A DNA stretch of 64,000 bases from Octopus vulgaris (GCA_951406725.2 OX597820.1:26598001-26662000); one strand, 5' to 3'; shown: positions 1-13,681, counted from the stretch's first letter. Numbers and translations are program-made. Notes: generated by a model from the sequence alone, not told the origin.

Positions 1-71
1 ACACAAACACAAATGATAATTATACTAAACCTCCAGGCTCTCGTACGTCGAAATCGACGGGAGAGCCCGTC

Positions 72-126
<55 letters not shown>

Positions 127-484
127 TATATGTGTGTGTACCCCCTTTCGGTCATGAATGACTATGGGATTGCACATAAAAAGTTACCTTCTGATGTACA
201 AGCCCAGGCAAGGTTGTTTATGGAAGACCAGCAGTCGCTCATGCATACCAGCCTCCCCTCTCCACACCACTGATGTTATCCAAGGGAAAGGCAAAGGCCG
301 ATACACCTTGGCACCAGTGACGTCGCAGCTCATTTCTACAGCTGAGTGAACTGGAGCAACGTGAAATAAAGTGTCTTGCTCAAGAACACAGTACGCAGCC
401 CGGTCCGGGAATCGAACTCATAACCTCACGATCTTAAGCTCAACGCTCTAATCACTGAGCCATGTGCCTTCACAATCACTGAGC

Positions 485-562
<78 letters not shown>

Positions 563-587
563 CACACACACATGTGCGTGTAACGCC

Positions 588-902
588 GTAGACTGCGGTA
601 ATCGTCCTGAGAAATAATCACGCATAGACGTTAGGTGCTAAAAATACACGGATTATATCGGTCGACGAAATTTCTTCAGCACTTTACGACATCACTGACT
701 ATTTAGTCAGTGTTAGTTTTCATGAATTTTAGATCTGGCTTGGATTCCTGCTGCTGCTGATACGCAGTGTACGCTGAAATCATGTGATACAACAGTCCCA
801 TCCGTCGGTGCTTACGAAATCCCCTTAATTTATATAATCTGTACTTTTTTAGCACCTAAGCATCTATACGAGCTGATTTCTCAGAACGATACCGCGATGT
901 AC
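588..902. mobile_element. Old MITE-like element with ~70-bp imperfect TIRs
   Basis: GCGGTAATCGTCCTGAGAAAT...TTAGGTGCTAAAAA is mirrored by TTTTTAGCACCTAA...ATTTCTCAGAACGATACCGC. Confidence 0.65.
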
Positions 903-1131
903 TGTTACTCTTTACTCATAACTTGCTTCAGTCATTTGACTGCGGCCATGCTGGAGCACCGCCTTTAGTCGATCAAATTGATCCCAGGACTTATTCTTTG
1001 CAAGCCTAGTACTTATTCTATCGGTCTTTTTTGCTGAACCGTTTTTTTGCCACCAGCATCGGCTGTCAAGCGATGTTGGGGGACAAACACAGAAACACAA
1101 ACACACACACACACATAAGTTGGCTGTGAGA

Positions 1132-1172
<41 letters not shown>

Positions 1173-1269
1173 TACATATACATAATCAATCACACACACA
1201 CATATATATACTCGTTACTAGATTCAGCTCGGCCGAACTGGACACTGCCGTTATATCGTTATATAGACA

Positions 1270-1349
<80 letters not shown>

Positions 1350-1378
1350 GAAACAAATAGTGTTGCAGCTTTACTTAC

Positions 1379-1478
1379 TTCTTGGTTTTCCGTCGATACA
1401 TGAAGATGCACCAGATGCAAATGAGAAGAGTCAGGAATAGAAGACCACCGAGTGTGCTGCACAGTATAATCACCAACA
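1379..1478 (-). CDS. Internal coding exon D: transmembrane helix plus basic stop-transfer; the gene continues beyond the window start
   Basis: CTCTTCTGCATTGCAG|TGTTGG...ACCAAGAA|GTAAGT. 100 nt, phase 1-2. Translates (V)LVIILCSTLGGLLFLTLLICIWCIFMYRRKTK, a long hydrophobic run followed by RRKTK. Phase-compatible with exon C. Confidence 0.87.
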
Positions 1479-1497
1479 CTGCAATGCAGAAGAGCAA

Positions 1498-1532
<35 letters not shown>

Positions 1533-1642
1533 AAAGTCGTATGGGCAGAAAATGAAACAGAAGAAAAGAAAAAGACAAGGAGAAAATGTTGAAAGGAATA
1601 TATTCTAAGCTCGAGTCACGAACCGCAATATCAAATACATGC

Positions 1643-1700
<58 letters not shown>

Positions 1701-1941
1701 TATATATAAATAAATGTCTGCACACACATGCGCGCGCATGTATATATGCATATGTATATAGGCACAAGCATGGGCGAGTGATTAGGAAGTTTACTTCTCA
1801 ACCCTATGCATTTAGGTTCAATTCCATTATGCGTCACCTGCAAGTGTCTTCCACTAAGGTGCCGGACCGACTAATGCCTTGTGAGTGAATTTGATGAACG
1901 GAAACTTTTTGGAAGCCCATCATATACGCATGCGTGTATAA

Positions 1942-1981
<40 letters not shown>

Positions 1982-2414
1982 GTGTGTGTGTGTGTGAAAT
2001 CTTGTATCCCTGCCGTAAGGCTTCATTTCCCCATGCGCCAGCTTAATTCAATTCGTCCTTAGTCGAAAGACACCTGTTATTATGTCCTGTTATTATTTTT
2101 ATTGTATTTGTATGTGTTACATTCTCCATTTTTTTCCGTCCTTGTTTTTGTATACATTCGTTGCTTCCTTCTAAGGAATCTAATGCTCTTTGCTTAGTTT
2201 TTTCCTTGGAGCTGACCAGATTGGAGCAATCTCAAATATAATCAGCCGAAATTGCGAGGATAATCTGGTGCTTAACTGAGGAAAGAAAACTTCGAATGAC
2301 CCATCCTTGTTTTCTTTGTATCGTCTATCTGGATGTTTTGTTGTCGCAATCTTGTATCACCTAGCTGTCCGGATGTTTTGCGTTCTCGTCCCATTTTGTA
2401 TTTATATATATATA

Positions 2415-2511
2415 CTTTATTTAAAGCAGCAGAAAATTCAACAAAACCTGTTACTCTGAGTGAAACTCAGAGTAACAGGTTTTGTTGAATTTTCTGCTGC
2501 TTTAAATAAAG
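2415..2511. repeat. Perfect 47-bp-arm hairpin
   Basis: 2415-2461 is the exact reverse complement of 2465-2511, with a 3-nt loop. It lies between (TA)n tracts. Confidence 0.95.
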
Positions 2512-2582
2512 CATATTACTCTACCACTGGTATTTGAGTACTCTTTTTTCCACCTTGTTTCACATTTATGTGTTTACTCCGG

Positions 2583-2636
<54 letters not shown>

Positions 2637-3556
2637 AGTATATGTGTGTGTGTATGTATATGTGTGTAAGTGTGTGAGTGTGTGGATGTGTGATGGATCT
2701 TTTTCTTTTTCTATTTTGCTACAGTGGCGTATGGTTTTGGCTTTCAAGCAAGGAAGAAGTAATGTTTAAAAGCTTGTTGAAGAACACAATCGATGTAAAG
2801 AAAGAAGAAATACTTTCAACCAGGAATCGAAATAGATTGTGGAATCAGTTCAAATTCATGTGGTTTTAAAAACGTATCTGTTCCTTATATTTTTGCCATT
2901 TTGCAAAAAGATATTTCGCAGTTCAGTGAAAACCATAATTTTGCTGGTGACATTTTCAATTATTTTAAAGAAAATATTTGACTGAAATCAACTGAATTTT
3001 CAGAGGAATATGTTTCATTGTAATTAACTCAATTATTAAACGAATAAATTTTTCTAAAGCCAATTGAATTCTCTTTGGAGTTAATCTTATTGATTACAGT
3101 TGAATTCCCAACGGAATACATTCTATTGAAAACTAACTCAATTCTGAATGAGATAAATTTAAGTGCAGGCTACCATGTTTGGTTTACTGAACCGAAAATA
3201 TATAATTTTGTTTTTTGTTTAATTAAAATTGTAACCAAAATGATAAGGAAAATAATTTGTTTTAATGAAAAATATTCTCAGAAGGAGCAAGGGAAGTGAC
3301 TAAAATCTCAGTGGAGTATATTTTACTGAAAGCAACTCAGTCCTTAATGATTTATATCTCTAAAAGCTTTGTGCTCTACGAGTAATCTTCAAACAGTCTG
3401 CCAGAACGGAAACTCCCATAACGAAACAATCACCCACAAAGCAGTCTATGTGGCTAAATCTGCCAGAAATAGCAGTTTAAATCTCCATCATATTACGTTC
3501 TACTGCCCTTAAAGGAAAATGAGCACACTGGTTAATGCAGTCTTAGAAGAATATAC

Positions 3557-3969
3557 GGATCTTTTCGGTTTGAACGGCAGTTTTTAAAAATAATTTCCAC
3601 GTAACTAAACACTTTTAAACTTCGTATACTGGTAGAATGTGTTTATAAAACATCTTTTTCTCTTGGCTTTATTGAGAAAATTCTATAGTTTGTAAGATAT
3701 TTGTTGTTTTTTTTCTTCAATTTCTGCAATTTCAACCAATCAATGACGTCTATTGAGGTGGAAACATTCTGTGCCGTATGAATATGTCCCTCGTTTAAGA
3801 AACAGATTGGGTTTATTTACATTTCTGAAGAAAAAAAGATACCCTTCCCCCCACCCCTAACCCTAACTAACCTATTGAAATGCAATAGATCAATACTAGG
3901 GTCATAATTATGGGTGACAATTTCATATGACAACGCTAGAAAAAACTGCCGTTCAAACCGAAAAGATCC
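3557..3969. mobile_element. Intact MITE with GG termini and 8-bp TSD (Merlin- or MULE-like)
   Basis: Perfect 29-bp TIR GGATCTTTTCGGTTTGAACGGCAGTTTTT. TSD GAATATAC at 3549-3556 and 3970-3977. Internal CCCTAACCCTAA. Confidence 0.88.
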
Positions 3970-4714
3970 GAATATACTATAATTGAAAATAAGACAGGAT
4001 TGTTATGGTTGAAAAACTGTTAATCATATGTTAGTTTGATTAATGTTGACTTTGAACTAAGCAACAACAACGAGAGTGGAGGCGCAATAGTCCAGTGGTT
4101 AGGGCAGCGGACTCGCGGTCGTAAGAACGCGGTTTCGGTTCTCAGACCGGGAATAGTGAATGTTTATTGAGCAAAAACATCTAAGCTCCACGAGTCTCCG
4201 GCGGGGGTGGGGGGTGAACTCCGCTATACTCTTTCACCACAACTTTCTCTCACTCTTTCTTCCTACTTCTGCCACAAAGCAGAGGAACCATGGTGTAACC
4301 CACTATGGTGTGGTAAACTTTCAGACCCTAGTCTAGAATGCGAATCCTCTATACCCCAGGATGGTTCAGCTCTCCACCCGTTAAAAAGCCACCGTTTACA
4401 GAATGAGGATAACAACGTAGCTTTCGCGCCCGTGCAACCGCCAGTCTATCGCGTGTGGTGGGTGGATCTTCAAGTTGCCACACGCATTCTTAGTAGCTTA
4501 GAGTAGGCTCGAATGAGAGATTATTCTTTGTGGCTAATGGCGTGAGTCCTGATTGGAAGAAGAAGAAGACAACAACAATAACAACCGTCCAACGGACTTT
4601 TAATACTACTGTATTAAAAGTGACTCATAAAATTTATTGTTGCTAAGTGTTCAGCAATATAAGAGGAAGGCAAAATATGAGATAGAGAAGATTAAATTAA
4701 CTTCAGTAAGAAAC

Positions 4715-4780
4715 TTGAGCAAACCCAATCGGTAGAGCATGAAACGTTTAACCAGAGGATCGTAAGTTCATGTTCCCCTA
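4715..4780 (+). pseudogene. Degenerate tRNA-Lys-like sequence or SINE head
   Basis: CAATCGGTAGAGCATGAAACGTTTAACCAGAGGATCGTAAGTTCATGTTCCCC resembles the D/anticodon/T arms of tRNA-Lys. The acceptor stem is not intact. Confidence 0.45.
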
Positions 4781-4801
4781 AAAGAATTTTTTACTAGCGG
4801 T

Positions 4802-5225
4802 GCTTCAAACATACCCGCAGCTAACAGATTAAAGTAAGTAAATGAGGAATAGCTAACAATAACAGTTGTTAGGAATATTGAGCAAGAGATAAGCTCTATT
4901 TAAACTTGAAATATACCCGCAGCTTCAAATATGCCCGCAACTAACAGATTAAAGCAAGTAAAAGTGGAATAGCTAACAATAACAGTTGCTAGGAATATTG
5001 AGCTAGGAATATTGAGCTACAAGAGATAAACTCTATTTAAAACATGATTTGAACTTGAAACGTCAAAAAAAGAAAAGCATGAAAACTAGTAATTATTTCG
5101 AAACTTTACAGTGCTTGATGGAGCAAACACAGATTTGAACTTGAAACCCAAAAGAGAATGAAAACTAGTAATTATTCCGAAGCTTTACAGCACTTGATAG
5201 AACAGACACAGATTTGAACTTAGAA
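4802..5225 (+). repeat. Two adjacent local tandem duplications (~120 bp x2 and ~85 bp x2)
   Basis: GCTTCAAAyATrCCCGCArCTAACAGATTAAAG occurs at about 4802 and 4922. GATTTGAACTT...GAAAACTAGTAATTATT occurs at about 5046 and 5132. Confidence 0.8.
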
Positions 5226-7731
5226 CAGAAAAGATTGCGTTTATCTGCTCGGCGCTCTAACGATTCCGCCGAGGTCGATTTTACTTTTCATCCTTTCAGA
5301 GTCGATAAAACAAGTACCAGTCAAGCTCTGAGGTCGCTGTGATCGACTTGTCTCCTCTCACGAAATTGCGCTAGCCTTGTGCCAAGCTTGCTTACCAACT
5401 ACATGGTTCTGCGTTCAGTCCCACTGGGCAAGATTCTTCTACTATAGCCTCGGGCCGACCAAAGCCTTGTGAGTGAATTTGGTAGACGGAAATTGAAAGG
5501 AGCCCGTCATGTATATGTATATATGTGTGTGTGTCTCTGTTTGTCCCCCACCCAACATCGCTTGACAACTGCTGCTGGTGTGTTTACGTCTCCGTAACTT
5601 AGCAGTTCGGCAAAAGAGACCGATAGAATAAGTACTAGGCTTACAAAGAATAAGTCCTGGGGCCGATTTGCTTGACTAAAGGCGGTGCTCCAGCATGACC
5701 ACAGTGAAATGACTGAAACAAGTAAAAGAGTGTTATTATTAATTAATTAATTAATTTATTTATTTATTTTGGACTTACATTTTCCATTAACTTCACATTT
5801 TTCTCCGAGGAACCATGTTGGACAGCTGGAAATAAAAAAGCGATACAAAATAGCCATAATTAGTAATGTTGGCGTGGACAAGACTCTTACACCACCATCT
5901 GTTCCAAATTTCTTTCAACGAACAAATAAAAGCAAAAAGCACAAAAATGAACAGTAGAATTCACGACTGGGAATCAGCTACGGTGTTTTCAATAAAGCCA
6001 ACAAACTAAGCCAACAAACGTCAATGTACGGCGATAAAACATGGCGGTGATTACTGTACTTGATCAATTCGAACATTAAATACTTAGACAACCTAAATAA
6101 AAAAAAATAGTTAAATTAAAATAAAAACAAAACATAGAAGAAATGAAATAAATTCTCAAAGAAATTAAATGCTCAGGCATTTCAAACATTTAATGACAAC
6201 CAGTTTTATGTGAAAAGCATATGTCAAAAGCTGTTTCATGTGAAAATTTCGCATAAGTTTCTTTTCTTAAAAATATATAGTCCATGTATTTGTGAACAAA
6301 ACCATCGAGACGAGTCAGCTTATAGGTCATTGTTGTTGTTGCTCTTGTTGCTGAACCCCAGGATAGCTTTATTCGAGCAGATCTATAATCAAAGGCATTT
6401 CAGTCGTGACCACCCCGTCTTTTTCTTTTGTACAGATAACCTAGGGCTACGTAATGTAATCCAAACGTATATTCTTGTCCAAAATGGTTGTTATTTTCAG
6501 CATATTGGCAATGCCGCCTTGTGGTATGAACATACTAGGTAGGTCCTCGTGTATCTTGAGGTCTAATTCTGTTTCGTGTATGCTTTGGTTTGCTGTCAAT
6601 AGATAAATAATATAGGACCCAAAGCATTGACGTACTTAGAGGCCTATAATCCTGCTAAGTCACTCCCGCCCACTAGTGGAGGCGTGTGGCTTAATGGTTA
6701 GGATGTTGGACTCATGATCGTAAGGTTGTGGTTTCGATTCCTAGACCGAACGACGCGCTGTGTTTTTGAGCAAAACACTTCATTTCATGTTGCTCCAGTT
6801 CAATCAGCTGGCAAAGATAATTAATCCTGCGACAGACTGGTGTTCCGTCCTGACGGGGAATATATACGCCATGAAAACGGGAAACCGGCCCTTATGAATC
6901 TAGAAAGTAACTAAATTTTTTTAAAGCCTGTTGCTTATTCTATCTATCAGTTTGCCGAACCGCTAAGTTACTGGGACATAAACACACCAACACCAGTTAC
7001 CAAGCGGTGATAGGACACACATACACATACACACACACATGCACACACACACACGCACACATTCGACGGACTTCTTTCAGTTTCTGTCTACCAAATCCAC
7101 TCACAAAGCTTTGATTGGCTCAAGGCTATAGTATTAATGGAAGACTTTTGTCCAAGGTGCCACTCAGTGGAACTGAAGTTGGCACCATATGGTTGGAAAG
7201 CAAGCTTCTTACCACACAGCCACACCTGCATCTATATGACTGTAGAATTCTCAATATTTTTGAAAAAAGCAAAAAACAACAACAAAAAAACAAGCAAACA
7301 AAAAAAGCATACTAAAAGACAAAAAACAGCAACAAAAAACAAAAGAAAATAAAGACGAGATATTCCTTCAATATTAAAAGAAAAAATGTTGGTCTTACTC
7401 GCAAGTGACTTTTCCATTACTCAGTTGACAGGTACCATTATTCTGACAGGAACACCGGTTTGCGACTGAAAAAAATAAGCATAATATATAGAGAAAAATG
7501 AAATAATAGGGAAATATTTGCATACAACAATATATCAGTGATTGGTGAGATGTCTTTAGTAATAAATGATTAATGTTCGTGCATGAACAGAACCAACAAA
7601 GATGTTTGTGTTGTTTTTGGGTGAGATGGGGAACTGTAATGTCAGATGTAATGTCAGATGTACACGTACATTTTGTTTGTGTGTGTGTGATAATTTCCCC
7701 ACCTACCTATCTATCGACCTATATGGACAAA

Positions 7732-7775
<44 letters not shown>

Positions 7776-7822
7776 AATACATATCCATAATATTCACACA
7801 CACACAAGTATATATATATATG

Positions 7823-7910
<88 letters not shown>

Positions 7911-7989
7911 CAATTGAAATAAACAATTAATTAAAAAAGACGAATAATAAAATCAATGAACAAGAAGAGGGAATGTATTAGCTTGACGC

Positions 7990-8027
<38 letters not shown>

Positions 8028-8030
<3 letters not shown>

Positions 8031-8273
8031 AGGCGTGTGGCTTAATGGTTAGGGTGTTGAATTCATGATTGTAAGATTGTGGTTTCGATTCCTGGACCGG
8101 ACGATGCGTTGTGTTCTTGAGCAAAACACTTCATTTTCACGTTGCTCCAGTCCACTCAGCTGGCAAAAATGAATAATCCTGCGGCGGACCGGCGTCACGT
8201 CCAGGTGGGGAATTTCTACGCCACTGAAACCGGGAAACCGGCCCTTATGAGCCTGGCATGGCTCGAGAAGGAA
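8028..8273 (+). mobile_element. tRNA-derived SINE family B (CTTGAGCAAnACACTT...GTTGCTCCAGT core)
   Basis: A/B-box head. Copies at ~146-471 (-), 6677-6900 (+), 20180-20415 (-), 36755-36885 (-) and 55457-55770 (-). Confidence 0.8.
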
Positions 8274-8373
8274 CATTTATTTCTTTTATTTATATATACA
8301 CATATCTATGCATATTTACACACAAATATATATACACATACACAAACACACCTACATACACACACACTCACAC

Positions 8374-8417
<44 letters not shown>

Positions 8418-8806
8418 ACATATGCACTATTTACAACTCCAATTCCTAGAAGCTTGTAGCCATGCTTTCGCTAATTTTTTTAGGTGGTTCGCTATAGTTT
8501 TGCTACTCATTTTTGGCTGAGTAAATTTGAGCAATGCGAAACGATGTGCTTCGCGGAAGGACACAACGAACTGCCTGACCCAGCGATCGAACCCAATGAC
8601 TGGGCTACGCGACATCTCACACATATACAATACATATAACATGGCGGATTTTTGTCATGATGTAATGTAAGTATTCATCAATGAAATGCTGCTGAAACCG
8701 CATTGTGTTCTTCTTTGGTATACATGCATACCTACCTACCTACCTACCTACCTACCTACCTACCTACCTACCTACCTACCTACCTACCTACATACCTACC
8801 TACCTG

Positions 8807-8872
<66 letters not shown>

Positions 8873-8874
8873 CA

Positions 8875-8952
<78 letters not shown>

Positions 8953-9200
8953 TATATATTAAAACGTTGTCTTGTACTCTGTTTTTTCGTTGTTTGAAAA
9001 AAAGTTCGTTTCTATGTTTTTGTATTTATGTTTTCGTTTCTCATTGTGTTCAACGTTTTTTTTTATATCGTGTACCCATATATGCATGTATATATACATA
9101 TAGATGTAGGTATGTACTTATATGTGTGTATATATGCATATATTTATATACTTTTTATATTATTATATGATCAAACGCCACGCATCCTTTTCGAAGTAAG

Positions 9201-9269
<69 letters not shown>

Positions 9270-9358
9270 GACACAATAATATCAGCATTAAGCAATGATA
9301 AGGAATAAATGAACTTTAAGATAGTTAAAATATGTGACATATTTTAACTTCTAAAGGA

Positions 9359-10108
9359 AAATTCACTGCTGTCACCGCGGAGGAAAAATCTCACCTATGG
9401 TAAAAAGTGTAAAAAAACACCATATCTGTTCAGTATCTTCCCTTTCCCCAATAGGAGACAGCGAAAAGAGATAATGCGAGCAGATTCTATGACTTTCTCC
9501 ACATTAAAGTTTAAATATGTCACAAACATATTTTGACTAAAGTTCGTTTATTATTCATTACTGCTTAGAGCTAATACGATTATATGTATTCCGACCAGGC
9601 TGTCCCCGAAAATTCACTGCTCACCGCGGAGGAAAAAATCTCACCTATGGTAAAAAGTGTAAAAAAACACCATATCTGTTCAGTATCTTCCCTTTCCCCA
9701 ATAGGAGACAGCGAAAAGAGATAATGCGAGCAGATTCTATGACTTTCTCCACATTAAAGTTTAAATATGTCACAAACATATTTTGACTAAAGTTCGTTTA
9801 TTATTCATTACTGCTTAGAGCTAATACGATTATATGTATTCCGACCAGGCTGTCCCCGAAAATTCACTGCTCACCGCGGAGGAAAAAATCTCACCTATGG
9901 TAAAAGTGTAAAAAAACACCATATCTGTTCAGTATCTTCCCTTTCCCCAATAGGAGACAGCGAAAAGAGATAATGCGAGCAGATTCTATGACTTTCTCCA
10001 CATTAAAGTTTAAATATGTCACAAACATATTTTGACTAAAGTTCGTTTATTATTCATTACTGCTTAGAGCTAATACGATTATATGTATTCCGACCAGGCT
10101 GTCCCCGA
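9359..10108 (+). repeat. Tandem triplication of a ~250-bp unit
   Basis: Three near-identical copies (aaattcactgct...ggctgtccccga) starting at about 9359, 9610 and 9860. They differ only by tiny indels. Confidence 0.95.
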
Positions 10109-10165
10109 GCACAACTCAGAACCTCATAAAGCTACGGTTTTAGAATCTATCTTCGGTATCTGATA

Positions 10166-10196
10166 CTGAGGAAAGCTAAAGAGCTTGAAGCGCGTC
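10166..10196 (+). ncRNA. Degenerate minimal hammerhead-like motif inside a fold-back element
   Basis: CTGAGGA-AAGCT-AAAG-AGCTT-GAAG-CGCG-TC. Stem II is a perfect 5 bp, GAAA is mutated to GAAG, and stem I is weak. Confidence 0.45.
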
Positions 10197-10945
10197 TAGG
10201 AATTGTAGGGGGAGATACTGAGCAGATATGGTGCTTTTTCACTTTTTTACCGTGAACAAAATTTTTTTTCAGTGGTAACTACTGTGAATTCGCCTTTAGA
10301 AGTTAAAACACGTCACAAACCTATTTTAACTAACCTTAAGATCATGTATACATTTCCCCCATCTTGTCGAGGCTTTGTAACTAGAACTTGTATAATTGAG
10401 TTAGTAGCAGTTGATTTTCTTTGACTGAGCACTGTATACAATAATTCCATTATCATTATTATTGAGTGAGAGAGCAGTTCATGCCATCAAAGTGACACTG
10501 GGGTAAAATATACGAAGCCCAATATACCCATCATGACTACCCGTCTGATAAGGGTACACCAGGCACATGCATCACAACCATATGTGCGCGACATGGTGAT
10601 CTCATATCAAGATAAACAGCACATGACCTTGCAGGTGGGGCCCAGTTAGAAATTTCTTCAGGTTGAGTAGCCCATCCCGCTCAAAAGGTCCCCGAATAAG
10701 GGTTGTTTAAGGATGTTGAAAGAACCACCCATGTTTCTAGAGGTGAATTATTCAAACCCCAACGAATCCCTCTCAACATATGGCTATGATGCTCCCCCAC
10801 TACTTCTGCTCGTGATCAGAGATGCACATATCGTCAGCCACTAAGGGACATGCTCAACTGGTTACGGTCAAACAACTGACAAGCAAATCTGTGGTATTGA
10901 GCAGAATATTTGCTGTAGCCCATCTTTTATACCAAGACAAAACAA

Positions 10946-11004
<59 letters not shown>

Positions 11005-11005
<1 letters not shown>

Positions 11006-11199
11006 TTTTTTTTTTCTTCTTTCAAATTTGCTTCCATTTCTTGCCGAGTGTCTTCCCGACTCCTAGGGCAAAGAAACTCATAGTATACATTGGTAGGCCA
11101 TTAAACCAAACTCAGTAGTTCGTTCATTTTTTTTTTTTTTTTAAAGTTAAATTAAAATACATGAGCAGCAACAGTTCTCACATCGACAATGCTCTTCTC

Positions 11200-11200
<1 letters not shown>
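11005..11200 (-). mobile_element. Probable R4/Dong-type 3' end between (TAA)n tracts; similar case at ~57775-57950
   Basis: The minus strand reads RRALSM*, then a 3'UTR, an A-rich stretch and (TAA)n. Confidence 0.55.
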
Positions 11201-11293
<93 letters not shown>

Positions 11294-11524
11294 AATGTGA
11301 GAGAGCAGTGCATGCCATCAAAGTGACACTGGGGTAAAAATATACGAAGCCCAGTATACCCATCTTGACTACCCGTCTGATAAGGGTACACTAGGCATAT
11401 GCATCACAACCATATGTGTGCAGTGTGGTGACCTCATATCAAGATAAACAGCACATGACCTTGCAGGTGGGGCCCAGTTAGAATTTCCTTCTGGTCGAGT
11501 AACCCATCCCGCTCAAAAGGTCCC

Positions 11525-11567
<43 letters not shown>

Positions 11568-11936
11568 TTAATAATAATAATAATAATAATAGATCATGAG
11601 CAGAAGTAGTGGGGGAGCATCATAGCCATGTGTTGAGAGGGATGCTTTGGGGTTTGAATAGTTCACCTCTGGAAACATGGGTGGTTCTTTCAACATCCTT
11701 AAACAACCCTTATTCGGGGACCGTTTGAGCGGGATGGGCTACTCAACCTGAAGAAAATTCAAACTGGGCCCCACCTGCAAGGTCATGTGCTGTTTATCTT
11801 GATATGAGATCACCATGTCGCGCACATATGGTTGTGATGCATGTGCCTGGTGTACCTTTATCAGACGGGTAGTCATGATGGGTATATTGGGCTTCGTATA
11901 TTTTACCCCAGTGTCACTTTGATGGCATGAACTGCT

Positions 11937-12493
11937 AATGCCCTGATGCAGTACCAGGCAGTGGCTCTCATGGCTTCTGATCTTAACTGATTGGAAGTGT
12001 TATCATGTACATTGTTTTGTCTTGGTATAAAAGATGGGCTACAGCAAATATTCTGCTCAATACCACAGATTTGCTTGTCAGTTGTTTGACCTTAACCAGT
12101 TGAGCATGTCCCTTAGTGGCTGACGATATGTGCATCTCTGATCATGAGCAGAAGTAGTGGGGGAGCATCATAGCCATGTGTTGAGAGGGATGCTTTGGGG
12201 TTTGAATAGTTCACCTCTGGAAACATGGGTGGTTCTTTCAACATCCTTAAACAACCCTTATTCGGGGACCGTTTGAGCGGGATGGGCTACTCAACCTGAA
12301 GAAAATTCAAACTGGGCCCCACCTGCAAGGTCATGTGCTGTTTATCTTGATATGAGATCACCATGTCGCGCACATATGGTTGTGATGCATGTGCCTGGTG
12401 TACCTTTATCAGACGGGTAGTCATGATGGGTATATTGGGCTTCGTATATTTTACCCCAGTGTCACTTTGATGGCATGAACTGCTCTCTCACTC
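11937..12493 (+). mobile_element. Apparently full-length ~557-bp non-coding (TAA)n-tailed retroelement
   Basis: AATGCCCTGATGCAGTACCAG...CTGCTCTCTCACTC(AAT)n. Other copies: 10464-10946 (-), 11297-11525 (-), 11592-11936 (+) and 57276-57708 (-, same 5' end, internal deletion). Confidence 0.85.
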
Positions 12494-12535
<42 letters not shown>

Positions 12536-12551
12536 TATTATTATTATATTT

Positions 12552-13140
12552 AGTTGTCCTGTATTTTAGTTAGTTCATTCAATGATTTCTTGAATGTTTC
12601 GATAGGAGTACCTTCTATGTTTCTGATTTCATTTGAAAGGTAGCTAAACACTTTGGGGCCTCTAAATATCGGATTGTTACAGTATAGTGTCTTTACTCGT
12701 GATTTTGAAGGTGGTACATGTAGAGGCTGGCAATATCTACTAGTTCTTGCATTACAGTTTTTTTTTAGTGCCGACGTTTGGAATATGACCTTCCAGGATC
12801 TTCCATACACAAATAACGTCATACATAAATCTTTGCGTCGTTCAAGGGAAGAGAGACATAGAACTATGCGATGTTTCCAATAATGAAGTCCTTTAACCGA
12901 AGTTATTTTACTTGTAAACGTTCTCGGCTATCCTTTAATTTCTTCTATGAGACCAGGTGTATTTGGAGACCAAAGCTGTGAACAGTAATTTAGATAACCC
13001 AAAACTAAGGTTTTCCATAGAGTCAACACAACTAACTGGTTCTCGTGTTACGAAAGGTTTCAAGATCCATCCAATGAAATATCTACATTTAGAGATCAAG
13101 TTGGTGATGTGTCCGATGAAAGATGCATCATTTGACATGA
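12552..13140 (-). mobile_element. Decayed CR1/L2-clade LINE ORF2 3' fragment
   Basis: Frameshifted segments GWILKPFVTREP, YCSQLWSP, SLERR, VWKILEGHIPN and IETFKKSL. Confidence 0.75.
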
Positions 13141-13681
13141 TTTATTTATTTTATCATAAAATATATGTACGTATGAAGGTACATAAATACATACAGCGTA
13201 ATAACTACATATATTAAAATATGAGTGCGTATGTACATATGTCCATCCACACAGACATTTTTACACATACTCACATACACACACGCATGCAATCATATTG
13301 CATACATATAGCAGATCTTGATATAATAGACTAACATTCAGTACTATATACTGTATATATATATATATTTTATGCGCCCTTTTCAAGCCTAGCCAGGCTC
13401 ATGGGCCCAGTTTCCCGGTTTCTGTGACGTATGTGTTCCCCCTCCCCCAGCTGGACGGGACGCCAGTCCATCGCAGTCCATCGCGTTACTCAAGAAACAG
13501 GAAGAAAGAATGAGAGAAAGTTGTGGTGAAACAGTACAACAGGGGTCACCACCACCCCCTGCCGGAGCCTCGTGGAGCTTTTAGGTGTTTTCGCTCAATA
13601 AACACTCACAACACCCCAGTCTGGGAATCGAAACCGCGTTCCTCCGACCGTAAGTCCGCTGCCCTAACCACTGGGCCATTG

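Larger units (their letters stand above)
9310..10343. mobile_element. Fold-back element with ~140-bp imperfect inverted arms
   Basis: 9310-9452 matches the reverse complement of 10200-10343 (shared TTTTAACTTCTAAAGG and CACCATATCTGyTCAGTATCT). It contains the hammerhead-like motif at 10166. Confidence 0.7.

Noticed and set aside
3855-3873. CCCTAA telomere-like repeats
   Set aside because: Only about two units, internal to a MITE; not an interstitial telomere.
9359-10108. Regular repeats as a possible CRISPR-like array
   Set aside because: Whole units are duplicated with no unique spacers, the context is eukaryotic and there are no cas genes.
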